In this document: positions 1-10,023 of the stretch, one piece after another | How positions within the stretch are numbered: position 1 is the stretch's first letter | How the letters are laid out: each line of letters starts with the position of its first letter | From: a virus | Taxonomy: Duplodnaviria; Caudoviricetes | Length of the DNA stretch: 64,000 nt | Virus record (IMG/VR): IMGVR_UViG_3300014208_000039 | Span: 1 to 64,000 of that record | Strand: one strand, 5' to 3' | Translations under genes and position numbers: made by a program | The notes under the pieces: generated by a model | Told to the model about the DNA's origin: nothing | Seen by the model: the letters and a program-made list of their open reading frames with translations, nothing else | The model's database searches: none

Positions 1-90
1 AAAAATATTTGATAATCAAGTACTTAATAATTTTGATTATCCTTTGCATTCTAAAGAAAAATTCATATATTTATTAAAAATAATAGATAT

Positions 91-1761
91 ATGGATTTTT
101 CTTTTTTTAGTATCGATAATAAATCTGGTTATAAAACCAGAGAAGTATGGTTTTCAAAAAACTATCCTAATGAATATTCTGAAATCATTAATTATTCAAA
201 AAAAATTAATCTTAATCTTTCATTTAAAGAAAAATTACTTTTCTATTTTAAAAACATGACAGAAAGGCCAAAATGTCTAACTTGTGGAAAAGAAATAAAA
301 TTTAGAGAAAGATTTGATACACCATATGGTGATTTCTGTTCGTTAAAATGTATTAATGAAAACAAAGAAGAAATGATTAAAAGACAAAAATCAACTTTTA
401 ATAAAAAATATGGTATTAATTTTTATCCTGAACATATAGATTTTATAACCAAACTAAGAAAAACTAAAAAAGAAAGATACGGTAATGAAAACTATAATAA
501 TTCGGAAAAAAATAAAAAGACAAGATTAGAAAGATATGGTAACGAAAATTATGTAAATATTAATAAATGTAAATCAACATCGTTTGATAAATATGGTTTT
601 ACAAATCCATCAAAAAATGAAAAAGTAAAAGAAAAAATTAAAAATACTAATATCTTCAGATATGGATATAATTCACCAACAGAAAATCCATTAATTAAAC
701 AAAAATTAAGACAAACCATTTTAAGTAAAATAAAAGAAAATTTTAGTGATAAAAGTTTTTTAAATTATAATTTTGAAACTAAAGAATATGAATTAAAGTG
801 TGTTAAATGTGAAAAAGAATTTAAAATAAGTATGCCGTTATATAATGAAAGAAAACGAAATAACACAACAATTTGTATTCATTGTAATCCAATAGGTATA
901 GAATCCAAATCACAAATGGAAATTGATTTAACTAATAATATAAAAGAAATATATTATAACGAAATACAAACTAACACTAGAAAAGTTATAAATGGTGAAA
1001 TTGATATTTATATTCCCGAAAAGAATTTAGCGATTGAGTTAAATGGAGTATACTGGCATAACGAATTATTTAATAACGAAGTATATCATTTAGATAAAAC
1101 AACACAATGTAATAATTTGGGAATACATTTAATTCATATTTTTGAAGATGAGTGGATAAATAAATCTAATATAGTTAAATCTATTATTAAAAATAATTTA
1201 GGATTAACAACAAGTAAAATATTTGCCAGAAAATGTAAAATAAAAGAAGTTCCCAATAATATAACTAAATTATTTTTAGAAAACAATCACATCCAAGGTA
1301 ATGTTAATTCAAAAATTCGATTAGGATTGTATTTTGAAGGTGAATTGGTTAGTTTAATGACATTTTCAAAAGGAAGAGTAATAATGGGTGGAAAAGAAAA
1401 TGAATGGGAATTAACAAGATTTTGTAATAAAATTGATACTAATGTAATTGGAGGAGCAAATAAATTATTTCAACAGTTTCTAAAATTATATAATCCAAAT
1501 AAAGTAATTTCATATTCTGACGTTAGATTATTTAAAGGAGAAATGTATGAAAAATTAGGATTTAAAAAAATCCACCAATCAAAACCTAGTTATTGGTATG
1601 TAATTAACGGGTTAAGATATTACCGATTTAATTTTAGAAAATCCATATTAGTAAAACAAGGTTTTGACCCTAATAAAACAGAAAAAGAAATAATGTTTGA
1701 ACGTAAAATCTATCGTATATACGATTGCGGAAACATTCGATGGGAGTTTAATAAGGTTTAA
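91..1761 (+). CDS. Hef-like free-standing homing endonuclease (ERYG-type repeats, PD-(D/E)XK/DUF559-like nuclease, C-terminal GNAT-like region)
   Basis: CxxC motifs; repeated KERYGNENY / KYGFTNPSK / RYGYNSPTE units; EIDIYIPEKNLAIELNGVYWH nuclease motif; C-terminal FARKC..NHIQG..WELTRFC..GGANKLF..ISYSD..YEKLGF..IYDCG pattern typical of phage Hef-like proteins. Confidence 0.7.
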   Translation: MDFSFFSIDNKSGYKTREVWFSKNYPNEYSEIINYSKKINLNLSFKEKLLFYFKNMTERPKCLTCGKEIKFRERFDTPYGDFCSLKCINENKEEMIKRQKSTFNKKYGINFYPEHIDFITKLRKTKKERYGNENYNNSEKNKKTRLERYGNENYVNINKCKSTSFDKYGFTNPSKNEKVKEKIKNTNIFRYGYNSPTENPLIKQKLRQTILSKIKENFSDKSFLNYNFETKEYELKCVKCEKEFKISMPLYNERKRNNTTICIHCNPIGIESKSQMEIDLTNNIKEIYYNEIQTNTRKVINGEIDIYIPEKNLAIELNGVYWHNELFNNEVYHLDKTTQCNNLGIHLIHIFEDEWINKSNIVKSIIKNNLGLTTSKIFARKCKIKEVPNNITKLFLENNHIQGNVNSKIRLGLYFEGELVSLMTFSKGRVIMGGKENEWELTRFCNKIDTNVIGGANKLFQQFLKLYNPNKVISYSDVRLFKGEMYEKLGFKKIHQSKPSYWYVINGLRYYRFNFRKSILVKQGFDPNKTEKEIMFERKIYRIYDCGNIRWEFNKV

Positions 1762-1798
1762 AATCAAAATTATTATAATTATATTTAAATAAAAAATT

Positions 1799-2117
1799 AT
1801 GAAAGATTTAGAAGTAGAAGAAATGGTTGAATTGTTATTTGAACAATTATTTGGTAAATTTTCAGTTTTAAATAAAACTGATATGGATAAGAAGGCAATT
1901 ATCAGGACGGTATTAACAAATCTAAAAAAATGAAATTAAGGATTACTTTTTGGAAAATATACCTGAAAGAACTTTTGTTATTGACGAAACAAATTTTTAT
2001 TTAAAATATTTTATAGGGTTAGATGGACAATTATATGAAAATTACGGTACAAAAGATAAACCAATATGGGAAGTAGTTTTTGATTGTGACTATGAAATAG
2101 AAATAATTACTAAATAA
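1799..2117 (+). pseudogene. Small hypothetical gene split by a frameshift at an A7 run (or a 44-aa ORF plus a start-less ORF)
   Basis: ATG 1799 reads MKDLEVEEM..TNLKK to TGA 1931-1933. The +1 frame is open 1926-2117 (NEIKDYFLENIPERTFVIDE..IITK) with no ATG. Removing one A from 1924-1930 fuses them into about 105 aa. Confidence 0.35.
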
Positions 2118-2118
2118 T

Positions 2119-2277
2119 ATGGAAAATTTAAAAATTACAATTACTATTAGTAGTAATGGATTGGAAATTAAATCAAGTAATATAAATGTTGATGATTATT
2201 TGAAAACCAAAGAATTACACGATATATCAATAGTTGATGAAATCACGTTAGAATTAATAAAATCAATTAAAAACTAA
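2119..2277 (+). CDS. Small hypothetical protein (52 aa)
   Basis: ATG 2119 to TAA 2277, MENLKITITISSNGLEIKSS..; fills the gap before the chaperone gene. Confidence 0.55.
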   Translation: MENLKITITISSNGLEIKSSNINVDDYLKTKELHDISIVDEITLELIKSIKN

Positions 2278-2282
2278 AGAAC

Positions 2283-3035
2283 ATGGAACAACATTTAACA
2301 ATCGACCCAAATACTGCGTATGACGTGGTAGAGCTACCAAGCCAAGGTATTTATTACACCAACAGAAAAAAATCAGTAAGAGTTGGGTATCTTACTGCAT
2401 CAGATGAAAATATTCTTTCATCACCTTCATTACTAGCTAATAATAAAGTAATAGAAGAAATCCTAAAAAGAAAAGTTTTAGATAAGGACTTCAATCTTGA
2501 TGAACTTGTTGAAGAAGATCAACAAGCAATCTTAATTTTCCTAAGAAATACCGCTTTCGGTTCAAATTATACTATTTCAGTCAACGATCCAAAAACAAAT
2601 GAACTGTTTACCTTTGAAACCGATTTATCAACTTTAAAGGTAAAAGATTTTAAATTAAAAGATGATGCAAACGGGGAATATTCATATTATTTAGAAAAGA
2701 GTAAAGAAAATCTTACATTCAAGTTCATTACAAAGGCTCAAATTAATGAATTGGAAGTAATGAAAGATACATGGAATGGTGTAGGGGTTGCACCAATTGT
2801 TACTAAACGAATGGAAATGATGATAAAATCAATTGGTGGAAATCGTGACCAATTATTCATTAGAAATTTTATTTTATCAATGCCAATCAAAGATTCACAA
2901 GACTTCAGAAAATTCGTTGCCGATAATAAACCAGGATTAGATTTAGTCCAACACGTAAAAACCCCGTCAGGAGATACAATCCAAGTTGAAATTGGTTTCG
3001 GGGTCGAATTTTTTCGCCCTTTCTACGGCTTATAG
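2283..3035 (+). CDS. Baseplate hub / tail assembly chaperone (T4 gp26-like)
   Basis: VELPSQG.YY, LTASDENIL, AILIFLRNTAFG, TFKFIT and terminal GVEFFRP motifs; lies directly upstream of the tape measure gene. Confidence 0.7.
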   Translation: MEQHLTIDPNTAYDVVELPSQGIYYTNRKKSVRVGYLTASDENILSSPSLLANNKVIEEILKRKVLDKDFNLDELVEEDQQAILIFLRNTAFGSNYTISVNDPKTNELFTFETDLSTLKVKDFKLKDDANGEYSYYLEKSKENLTFKFITKAQINELEVMKDTWNGVGVAPIVTKRMEMMIKSIGGNRDQLFIRNFILSMPIKDSQDFRKFVADNKPGLDLVQHVKTPSGDTIQVEIGFGVEFFRPFYGL

Positions 3036-3165
3036 TAAGGGGCAATTAGACGAAATATTATACTTAGTTAAAAGGGGATTTTCTTATGGGGATATTTTAA
3101 CTATGCCTGTTTATCTTAGAAGGTATTACGTTGGTTATTTATTAGAAATAGAAAAACAAAATTAA
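2986..3165 (+). CDS. Tail chaperone C-terminal extension (gp51-like / lambda gpT-like) in the +1 frame, probably reached by frameshifting
   Basis: Frame open 2959-3165 encoding ..STAYSKGQLDEILYLVKRGFSYGDILTMPVYLRRYYVGYLLEIEKQN. No ATG before the last 18 codons; overlaps the end of the chaperone ORF. Start coordinate is a possible TTG only. Confidence 0.6.
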   Translation: MKLVSGSNFFALSTAYSKGQLDEILYLVKRGFSYGDILTMPVYLRRYYVGYLLEIEKQN

Positions 3166-3167
3166 TC

Positions 3168-3175
3168 TATTTATA
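3168..3175 (+). promoter_or_regulatory. TATTTATA late-type motif (first of at least 11 copies upstream of gene starts)
   Basis: Exact copies at 3168, 4971, 15830, 25065, 25970, 28306, 36721, 37985, 50299, 51528 and 62400, each 3-18 nt before an ATG. Confidence 0.7.
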
Positions 3176-3192
3176 GTAATAGATTTATTAAT

Positions 3193-4956
3193 ATGGCTAC
3201 AGGTGACGTTTTAAGATTTTTAGGTGGTATAGCATCTTCATTAGGTAGTATATCTGGAAATGTTGCTTCAATTGCATCAAAAGGATGGGGAGCAAATGTT
3301 GCACAAACCAAAGGTTATTCAAAAGAAGAAGCCCTTGGTGTTGGTCAAATGATTGATATCATTGGAAATCCTTTACAAACTCCTCAAAAATTATATGATC
3401 AAGTTTTAAATCAACTTCAAAATGAAGCTCAATTAAGGGTTAAAATTAATGAAGAAACTGGGTTAACAGGAAAACTATCGGAAGATGTTAGGAGAAGTAT
3501 TTTAAACTCTTACCCTTCAGTTATTCAATTTGGATATGGTATGGAACAATTAAGCGGTTATTATACCACTATGATTGAAAAATCCGGAAGATGGAATATC
3601 CAAAATCAAGAATCACTTATAAGGAGTGCCGCAGTATCAAGAGCATTTGTTGGTGACTTATCTAAAATGGCTGAAATTCAAGCCAACATCGAAAAAATCG
3701 GTTTAGGCGCAGTTGATGCCGCAGATGCAATTGAAAAAGCGGGTATTCAATCAACATCACTTGGTTTAAGAGCAAAAAAGACTACCGAGGATATCAATAC
3801 TAGTATTCTTAAATTAAACGCATATGGGTTTAAAAACGGTATAGAAGGACTTGCAAAAATGTCAAGAATATCTGCCGAGTTTAGGATGAACATGGAAGAA
3901 ACGTTCAAAATTGCTGACAAGGTTTTAAGTCCTGAAGGAGCAATTGAATTATCATCTAACTTACAGGTAATTGGTGGTATTCTTGGTGACTTTAATGACC
4001 CGTTAAAACTTATGTATATGGCGACAAATAATGTGGAAGGGTTACAAACCGCATTAATTGAGGCCGCAGGAACATTAGCTACTTTTAACAATGAACAAGG
4101 TCGTTTTGAAATTACAGGAATTAATCTTAGGAAAGCCAAAGCAATGGCACAAGAACTTGGGGTTTCATATGATGAATTAGCTAAGGGGGCAATTGCTTCC
4201 GCAGAAAGGGTTCAAGCATCAACAGCTTTAATGTCAACAGGTCTTCAAATGGATAAAGAAGATAGGGAATTCATTACTAATTTATCACAGATGGAAGGTG
4301 GACAAATGGTTATTAAAGTTCCTGAATCTTTAATGGGAAAACTTACTGATGGATTAGGTAAAACAATCACAGGGGCAATTCCTTTAAATGAAATTACGCC
4401 ACCATTATTAAATGAACTTAAAAAAAATAGGGAAGACTTTAAAAAACAAGATGCTACTTCTATTGCTCAAAGTCAATTAACCCTTACCGAACAAATTGAT
4501 AGAAATGTTATGGCGATTACCGCTTCAATTAAGGTTAGAACGTCTCAAGCATTAAAAAGTGATTTTGACAATTTAAATTTAAGTTCACAAATGCAATTAT
4601 TATCATCCAATTTAGGTGTAAAAGTTGAAGAATTAGGTAACTTAGAAAAATTAAAGATTGTTCCTAAAATGGAAGAATGGGTTGGTAAAGTTAGAGGATT
4701 ATTAATAAGTAATTCAACCGACCAACAACAACAAGGAGCACAAATGGTTAAAGATGCACTTGAAAAAGCTAAGGAAGCACAGGTGGCAGAAAGAAAATCA
4801 CAAGTAGAAATAAGACACGTACATGAATATAACGCATCACCAACCCTTTTAGATAACATAGGTAGGTTTATTGCTAGAAGTCCTGAAACTTGGGATGAAA
4901 TGTATAGTTCAAATACACCTGAAGAAAGAGATTTTTTATATTCAGGAGGACGATAA
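3193..4956 (+). CDS. Tail tape measure protein
   Basis: Ala/Gly/Leu-rich helical protein (LAKMSRISAEFRMNM, GAIELSSNLQVIGG, DPLKLMYMA, LRKAKAMAQELG) between the chaperone and baseplate genes. Confidence 0.7.
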   Translation: MATGDVLRFLGGIASSLGSISGNVASIASKGWGANVAQTKGYSKEEALGVGQMIDIIGNPLQTPQKLYDQVLNQLQNEAQLRVKINEETGLTGKLSEDVRRSILNSYPSVIQFGYGMEQLSGYYTTMIEKSGRWNIQNQESLIRSAAVSRAFVGDLSKMAEIQANIEKIGLGAVDAADAIEKAGIQSTSLGLRAKKTTEDINTSILKLNAYGFKNGIEGLAKMSRISAEFRMNMEETFKIADKVLSPEGAIELSSNLQVIGGILGDFNDPLKLMYMATNNVEGLQTALIEAAGTLATFNNEQGRFEITGINLRKAKAMAQELGVSYDELAKGAIASAERVQASTALMSTGLQMDKEDREFITNLSQMEGGQMVIKVPESLMGKLTDGLGKTITGAIPLNEITPPLLNELKKNREDFKKQDATSIAQSQLTLTEQIDRNVMAITASIKVRTSQALKSDFDNLNLSSQMQLLSSNLGVKVEELGNLEKLKIVPKMEEWVGKVRGLLISNSTDQQQQGAQMVKDALEKAKEAQVAERKSQVEIRHVHEYNASPTLLDNIGRFIARSPETWDEMYSSNTPEERDFLYSGGR

Positions 4957-4993
4957 AATATCAATAACGCTATTTATAATATAAAATACAATA

Positions 4994-7900
4994 ATGCCGA
5001 GCAAATTAGATTTTAATAATACCAAAGAATTTAGGGATAAGATTTTAGCTAGAACTTTACCTGTTCAAAATGGTCCGATGTCACAAACTGCGGATACTTA
5101 TCGTATTAACAATACGACAGATTTTCCAAATATTGACCAACCGCCAGTTGATGCAAATAGAACGGAAGACTTAACTAACATTGCTAAGGTAAATTTATAT
5201 AAACCTAATGAATATTTCATAAGGGAAGAAATTAACACTTTACCAAGACGTGCTAACCTTTCTTTATATCCATATTTCACTGCCGAAAAACATACATATA
5301 TAGGTATTTTAACGAACGATAATTTTGATACAGAATCAGAATTAATGAAGTTTGCTGAATGGAACATTAAGGATAATCCTGAAGGACCGTTTTTTTCGAG
5401 AGTACAACAAAATATTGAAACATCAACAGTTGGTAGAATAAGATTAATTGACGCCTTAGAAGGTAATCTTGCTACGGCAACAAATATTGTAACAGGAAAA
5501 GAACCATTAGTTGAATCAAACAATAAAATTACCGTAGCTAAAACTTTAGTTGGTAAAGGTGTCGATTTTCTTCAAACTGTTACAGGGGTAGAATTCCCTT
5601 GGTCTGAAATTCCTGGCGATTATTTATCAAACCCAGAAAACCCAACAGTTAATAGACCAAACGCAAAAACAACATTAGGTCAATTAAATCAAGATATAAC
5701 AGGAGCATTAGGTTCTTTATTAGGTGTACAAAGAAGACCCAACATTAGTCAAAAACCGTCAGATTTATTCATTGAATATATGGGTTCGGGACAAAAACAA
5801 ACTTTATATGAAAATTTATCATATTCAAAATATGCCCCAAACTATACCACAACGGCAAGGTCACAAAATTCATCAAAAGTATTTAATTTCGTTGATAGTT
5901 TAGGTCAAAATATTAATAAGTTTTTTGGGTCAGACGCTCCAGATACTATTGCTTATATCGGTGATGATAGAGGTAACGATGTGAAATTTTCAATGTCTGA
6001 TTTTAATGGAAGACCAATAAGAAGTCCATATTATTTATCATTATTATTTGACCCTGTTCAAACAAGATTATTCCAAAGAGAAAGAAATATTTCAGAAAAT
6101 GGTCCAATTGGAGGAAAACTAACATGGATTAGTTCTGTTTCTAAAAATAAATTAGGAGCAAACAACAAAGAATGGGCTAATCAAAAGGGTGGATACGAAG
6201 ATAGTAAATCTACAAATTTTATTTACAGAGAAGATTCTATTTTAGGTAAAACCCAAGAAATTTTAGAATCAATGCCGACAAACGGAAGTGAGATGCGTTC
6301 ACATGTTGCTAACGTCATTGACCAAACGAGTAGAATTTTCAAAGACGGTGACACAGTTATGTCAAGAAGTTCGGCAATAAAATATGTTGATAAATTTGGT
6401 GAAGAATCAGGTGTAGAATATTGTAGAACGTTTACTAAAGACCGTTCATATATGAATTATTCTGACACGATGAAAAGAACGGCTACCATTAGAAAATTCG
6501 ACAGTAGTACATTATCAACACCTTGGAATCTTAATATTGCCCCAATGTCAAATGGTAATAAAACATTTGACGGGTCAACAAATATTTTCAAAAAAGGTGA
6601 CGGTTTTTATGCAAAAAAATACATGTTTTCAATTGAAAACTTAGCTTGGAAAACATCAAATATTCCCGGATTTACCTATAACGATTTACCTTATTGTGAA
6701 AGAGGTAATAATGGTGGTCGAGTTATGTGGTTTCCTCCATATGACTTGAAGATTCAAGAACAAAATGCAGCAAAATGGGACGCTAATACCTTTTTAGGTC
6801 GTCCTGAACCGATTTATACATACCAAAATACTGAAAGAAACGGAACGTTATCATTCAAAGTAATTGTGGATCATCCAAGTATCTTAAATTTACTTGTTAG
6901 AGAACATTTTAAAGGTATGAATGACGAAGAATCAGAAAATTACATTAATGCTTTCTTTGCGGGATGTGTGGATATTGATTTTTATGACTTAATCAGAAGA
7001 TATTCAATGTTAACATCAGATGATGTAAAATTACTTATTGATTATCTTAATGGTGGTAAAGATACAGACACAATTTCAAGAAATAAATACTATCTTGAAA
7101 GAGTTGAACAAAATCAACCTGAAATTACACCAGCAACAGGTATAGCAGATACTAAATTAAATGTAAATTTAAAGTTTCTTAACGATAGACCCGATAAAAA
7201 TGTATCTAAACCATATATTTCACCATCATCATACGATTCATATTATAATGAACTTATTGAACCTGGGTTAGTTACTGATCAAATGGGTAAATTAGGAGTT
7301 GAATTGAATAAAATGATTGTAAATTTTGATCCGTCTTCAACATATACTGAAATTTCTAAATATCACGATTTAGATGTTTTATTTGGTAATCATAATATGA
7401 CTGAAATCGGTACTTTAGTGACTGATCAAACAACACAATTAAACAAAATTATAACAGGAGCAACTGCAGCATATAATGAATTAAATGATCAGTTATCAAC
7501 AATGGTTGAAGATATTTCTTCTGGTAATGTAAGTGAAATTACAATTCATTTACTATCGTCAACATCTGCGGTAGCCGACAACGATTATAATAAAAATCTT
7601 TCATTAAGAAGAAGTCATAGTGTATTAAAACAAATTTTAGGAAAAATATCAACCCCTGATACAACTCCAGAAGATAGATGGAGTGTGGATGAAGTTCCAA
7701 TCATTTATGAATTTAAAGATTTAGGTTACACAGGTATTGAAGGTAAAGTAATATTCACTACTAAAAGTGAAGGTGAAACTTATACATTACAAGAAAATTC
7801 AAGATGTGGAGAATATCATTTTATAAATAAAACGTTAAAAGTGGTTGCCCCCGTGGCATACGAATGTAGACAAACACAAGTTGTTGTTATATACACTAAA

Positions 7901-9700
7901 AAACCACAGACAGTATTGGATGTTCCAAAAAATACATCTGATTCTAATTTAAGGGCTACGTCAAAACAAAACGATATTCCAAGTGAAGAAACAAATAGGT
8001 CAAGAAGTAAACCACCTCTTGACATGATGAAATACATTATTATGAAAACATTATCAGAATGTCACTATTTTCAAAAATTAGAAGAAACTGACCCTGTTGT
8101 TTTCGGTTCATTAAAAGAAAAGTTTAAATTCTTTCATCCAGGTTTTCATTCAATGACACCTGAAGGTTTAAATGCTAGATTAACTTTCTTAAATCAATGT
8201 GTTAGACCGGGTGACACAATCCCAATTAAAGGGGTTAATAGTTCGTTAGACCTTAGAGCTAGGAACACATCATTTGGCCCTCCACCAATTTGTGTATTAA
8301 GAGTTGGGGATTTTTATCATTCGAAAGTTATTGTAAGGGATGTTAATATCAATTTTGAAGAAAGTCCTTGGGATTTAAATCCTGAAGGCATTGGTATCCA
8401 ACCAATGATAGCTTCTGTACAGATGCAGATTAGTTTTATTGGTGGTCAAGGATTGGAAAAACCTGTAAATTGGTTACAAAATGCGTTAACGTCTAATTTC
8501 TATGCAAATACAGAAATGTATGACCCTCGTTCTATTCCAACAAATCAATTTATTGGAGGTGAAACGAGAGAAAAATTTACAAAAGAGTTTATAAATTCAT
8601 TAATGAGTGATACTGAAAAGAAACCTGATTATATTGAACCTGATACATCAGATAAAATTACAACTGGTCATTATATTGGTGAATTAGTTAATACCGCACT
8701 TAATTATAGAGCAGCGGTTGAAAGTGTATTTGTTGCGACAAACAAATATATATCAGGATATGATGGGTTTTATAATAATATTGTTCTGATTTATGGAAAA
8801 AACGTATCATCTATACTTTTATCCCCAAATTACAGAAAAAATAACAAATATAACGTTTATACTGTAACAAACGGATCTCCAACACCAATTGATTTATTTG
8901 GAATATATGAAAAGGGTAGGGATTTATTTATTTTAACATCGATGTTTGAAAATAAATTAAACGACACTTTATCAACAATTGACATCTTAAAAATGTTTAA
9001 TTTTGATAAAGAAATTCCCACAAATAAAGTATCTACGGCAACGAGATTTGTAAAAGAATATTTATCAACATTTATTCAGGATACAATTGATAAAATGAAT
9101 ACAGATACAAATTTAAAAAGTATTGAAGATTCGAGAAATGAATTAATATCAAGTTTAGATAAAGTGAATTTTGTTGTAAAATATGGTTATGATGCTAAGT
9201 TGAACGAAAATAAAAACGATGCATCACAAGGTCAATTATCAGGATTTACCTACCCTGATTTATATAACGATTATTCAAGTTGTATAGATTATATTACAAA
9301 AAATTCAACTCAATTCTATGAAAGTTTGGATAATAGTATTAATTATAGTAGTACAATTGAAAGTTTAACTGACGATGAATTTAGTAATATTATGGCAGAT
9401 TTATTATCAATTATTTCAAGCAATGAATTTATTAGCAAAACGTTTGGTAGGGATACAACTATTTTTGATATGAAACTAACACAAAAGTTAACAACTAGAT
9501 ATGAAAAATTTATTAATAAAACGGATGTAAAAAAATTCAAATTTAGTAAATTCAAAGAAAGAGCACGTGATATAGATTTAATGTATGAAATCATAACACC
9601 TGAACCGATAATTACTGATAGTAATATTATTAATGAATTAATAAGTATGAATAAGACACCTAATATTCCAATAAACGAACTAAATTATTATAGGGTATAA
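4994..9700 (+). CDS. Large baseplate / tail-tube initiator protein (gp48/gp54-like region) with an inserted OmpA-like domain
   Basis: RVMWFPPYDLKIQEQNAAKWDANTFLGRPEPIYTYQNTERNGTLSFKVIVDHP and later FGPPPICVLRVGDFYHSKVIV..WDLNPEGIGIQPM; insertion with SSTSAVADNDYNKNLSLRRSHSV. Confidence 0.6.
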   Translation: MPSKLDFNNTKEFRDKILARTLPVQNGPMSQTADTYRINNTTDFPNIDQPPVDANRTEDLTNIAKVNLYKPNEYFIREEINTLPRRANLSLYPYFTAEKHTYIGILTNDNFDTESELMKFAEWNIKDNPEGPFFSRVQQNIETSTVGRIRLIDALEGNLATATNIVTGKEPLVESNNKITVAKTLVGKGVDFLQTVTGVEFPWSEIPGDYLSNPENPTVNRPNAKTTLGQLNQDITGALGSLLGVQRRPNISQKPSDLFIEYMGSGQKQTLYENLSYSKYAPNYTTTARSQNSSKVFNFVDSLGQNINKFFGSDAPDTIAYIGDDRGNDVKFSMSDFNGRPIRSPYYLSLLFDPVQTRLFQRERNISENGPIGGKLTWISSVSKNKLGANNKEWANQKGGYEDSKSTNFIYREDSILGKTQEILESMPTNGSEMRSHVANVIDQTSRIFKDGDTVMSRSSAIKYVDKFGEESGVEYCRTFTKDRSYMNYSDTMKRTATIRKFDSSTLSTPWNLNIAPMSNGNKTFDGSTNIFKKGDGFYAKKYMFSIENLAWKTSNIPGFTYNDLPYCERGNNGGRVMWFPPYDLKIQEQNAAKWDANTFLGRPEPIYTYQNTERNGTLSFKVIVDHPSILNLLVREHFKGMNDEESENYINAFFAGCVDIDFYDLIRRYSMLTSDDVKLLIDYLNGGKDTDTISRNKYYLERVEQNQPEITPATGIADTKLNVNLKFLNDRPDKNVSKPYISPSSYDSYYNELIEPGLVTDQMGKLGVELNKMIVNFDPSSTYTEISKYHDLDVLFGNHNMTEIGTLVTDQTTQLNKIITGATAAYNELNDQLSTMVEDISSGNVSEITIHLLSSTSAVADNDYNKNLSLRRSHSVLKQILGKISTPDTTPEDRWSVDEVPIIYEFKDLGYTGIEGKVIFTTKSEGETYTLQENSRCGEYHFINKTLKVVAPVAYECRQTQVVVIYTKKPQTVLDVPKNTSDSNLRATSKQNDIPSEETNRSRSKPPLDMMKYIIMKTLSECHYFQKLEETDPVVFGSLKEKFKFFHPGFHSMTPEGLNARLTFLNQCVRPGDTIPIKGVNSSLDLRARNTSFGPPPICVLRVGDFYHSKVIVRDVNINFEESPWDLNPEGIGIQPMIASVQMQISFIGGQGLEKPVNWLQNALTSNFYANTEMYDPRSIPTNQFIGGETREKFTKEFINSLMSDTEKKPDYIEPDTSDKITTGHYIGELVNTALNYRAAVESVFVATNKYISGYDGFYNNIVLIYGKNVSSILLSPNYRKNNKYNVYTVTNGSPTPIDLFGIYEKGRDLFILTSMFENKLNDTLSTIDILKMFNFDKEIPTNKVSTATRFVKEYLSTFIQDTIDKMNTDTNLKSIEDSRNELISSLDKVNFVVKYGYDAKLNENKNDASQGQLSGFTYPDLYNDYSSCIDYITKNSTQFYESLDNSINYSSTIESLTDDEFSNIMADLLSIISSNEFISKTFGRDTTIFDMKLTQKLTTRYEKFINKTDVKKFKFSKFKERARDIDLMYEIITPEPIITDSNIINELISMNKTPNIPINELNYYRV

Positions 9701-10023
9701 TGAGTAGAGATTATTACGATAGATATCAATTTTTTATTGAAGATGGAGAATTTCAAATAGTTCCAGGGATTGAATTGCCAATAAAGGGAACTGATAAGTA
9801 TATCCAATATACTAGAGCTAAAGATAGGTTAGATAAATTTTCTCAAGAATATTATAATTCACCTACATTTGGTTGGTTAATCATGATGGCTAACCCTCAA
9901 GCGGGAACGAATGAATTCGAAATACCAAATAACTTCCTGTTAAGAATACCTTTTCCTTTGGTAAACACTTTACAAGATTACAGAAGAGGCGTAGAATTGT
10001 ATAAATTATATTATGGTGAGTAA
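9700..10023 (+). CDS. Small baseplate protein (LysM / tail X / gp53-like)
   Basis: DRLDKFSQEYYNSPTFGWLIMMANP..LRIPFP pattern; located between tube initiator and hub genes. Confidence 0.65.
   Translation: MSRDYYDRYQFFIEDGEFQIVPGIELPIKGTDKYIQYTRAKDRLDKFSQEYYNSPTFGWLIMMANPQAGTNEFEIPNNFLLRIPFPLVNTLQDYRRGVELYKLYYGE

Noticed and set aside
44-259. 71-aa ORF overlapping the endonuclease start
   Set aside because: Out-of-frame overlap with the 556-aa gene, which has the promoter-like motif upstream.
3017-3049. Classical -1 frameshift at C-CCT-TTC in the chaperone
   Set aside because: The heptamer fits X-XXY-YYZ, but the -1 frame hits TAG at 3047; the protein-like extension is in the +1 frame.
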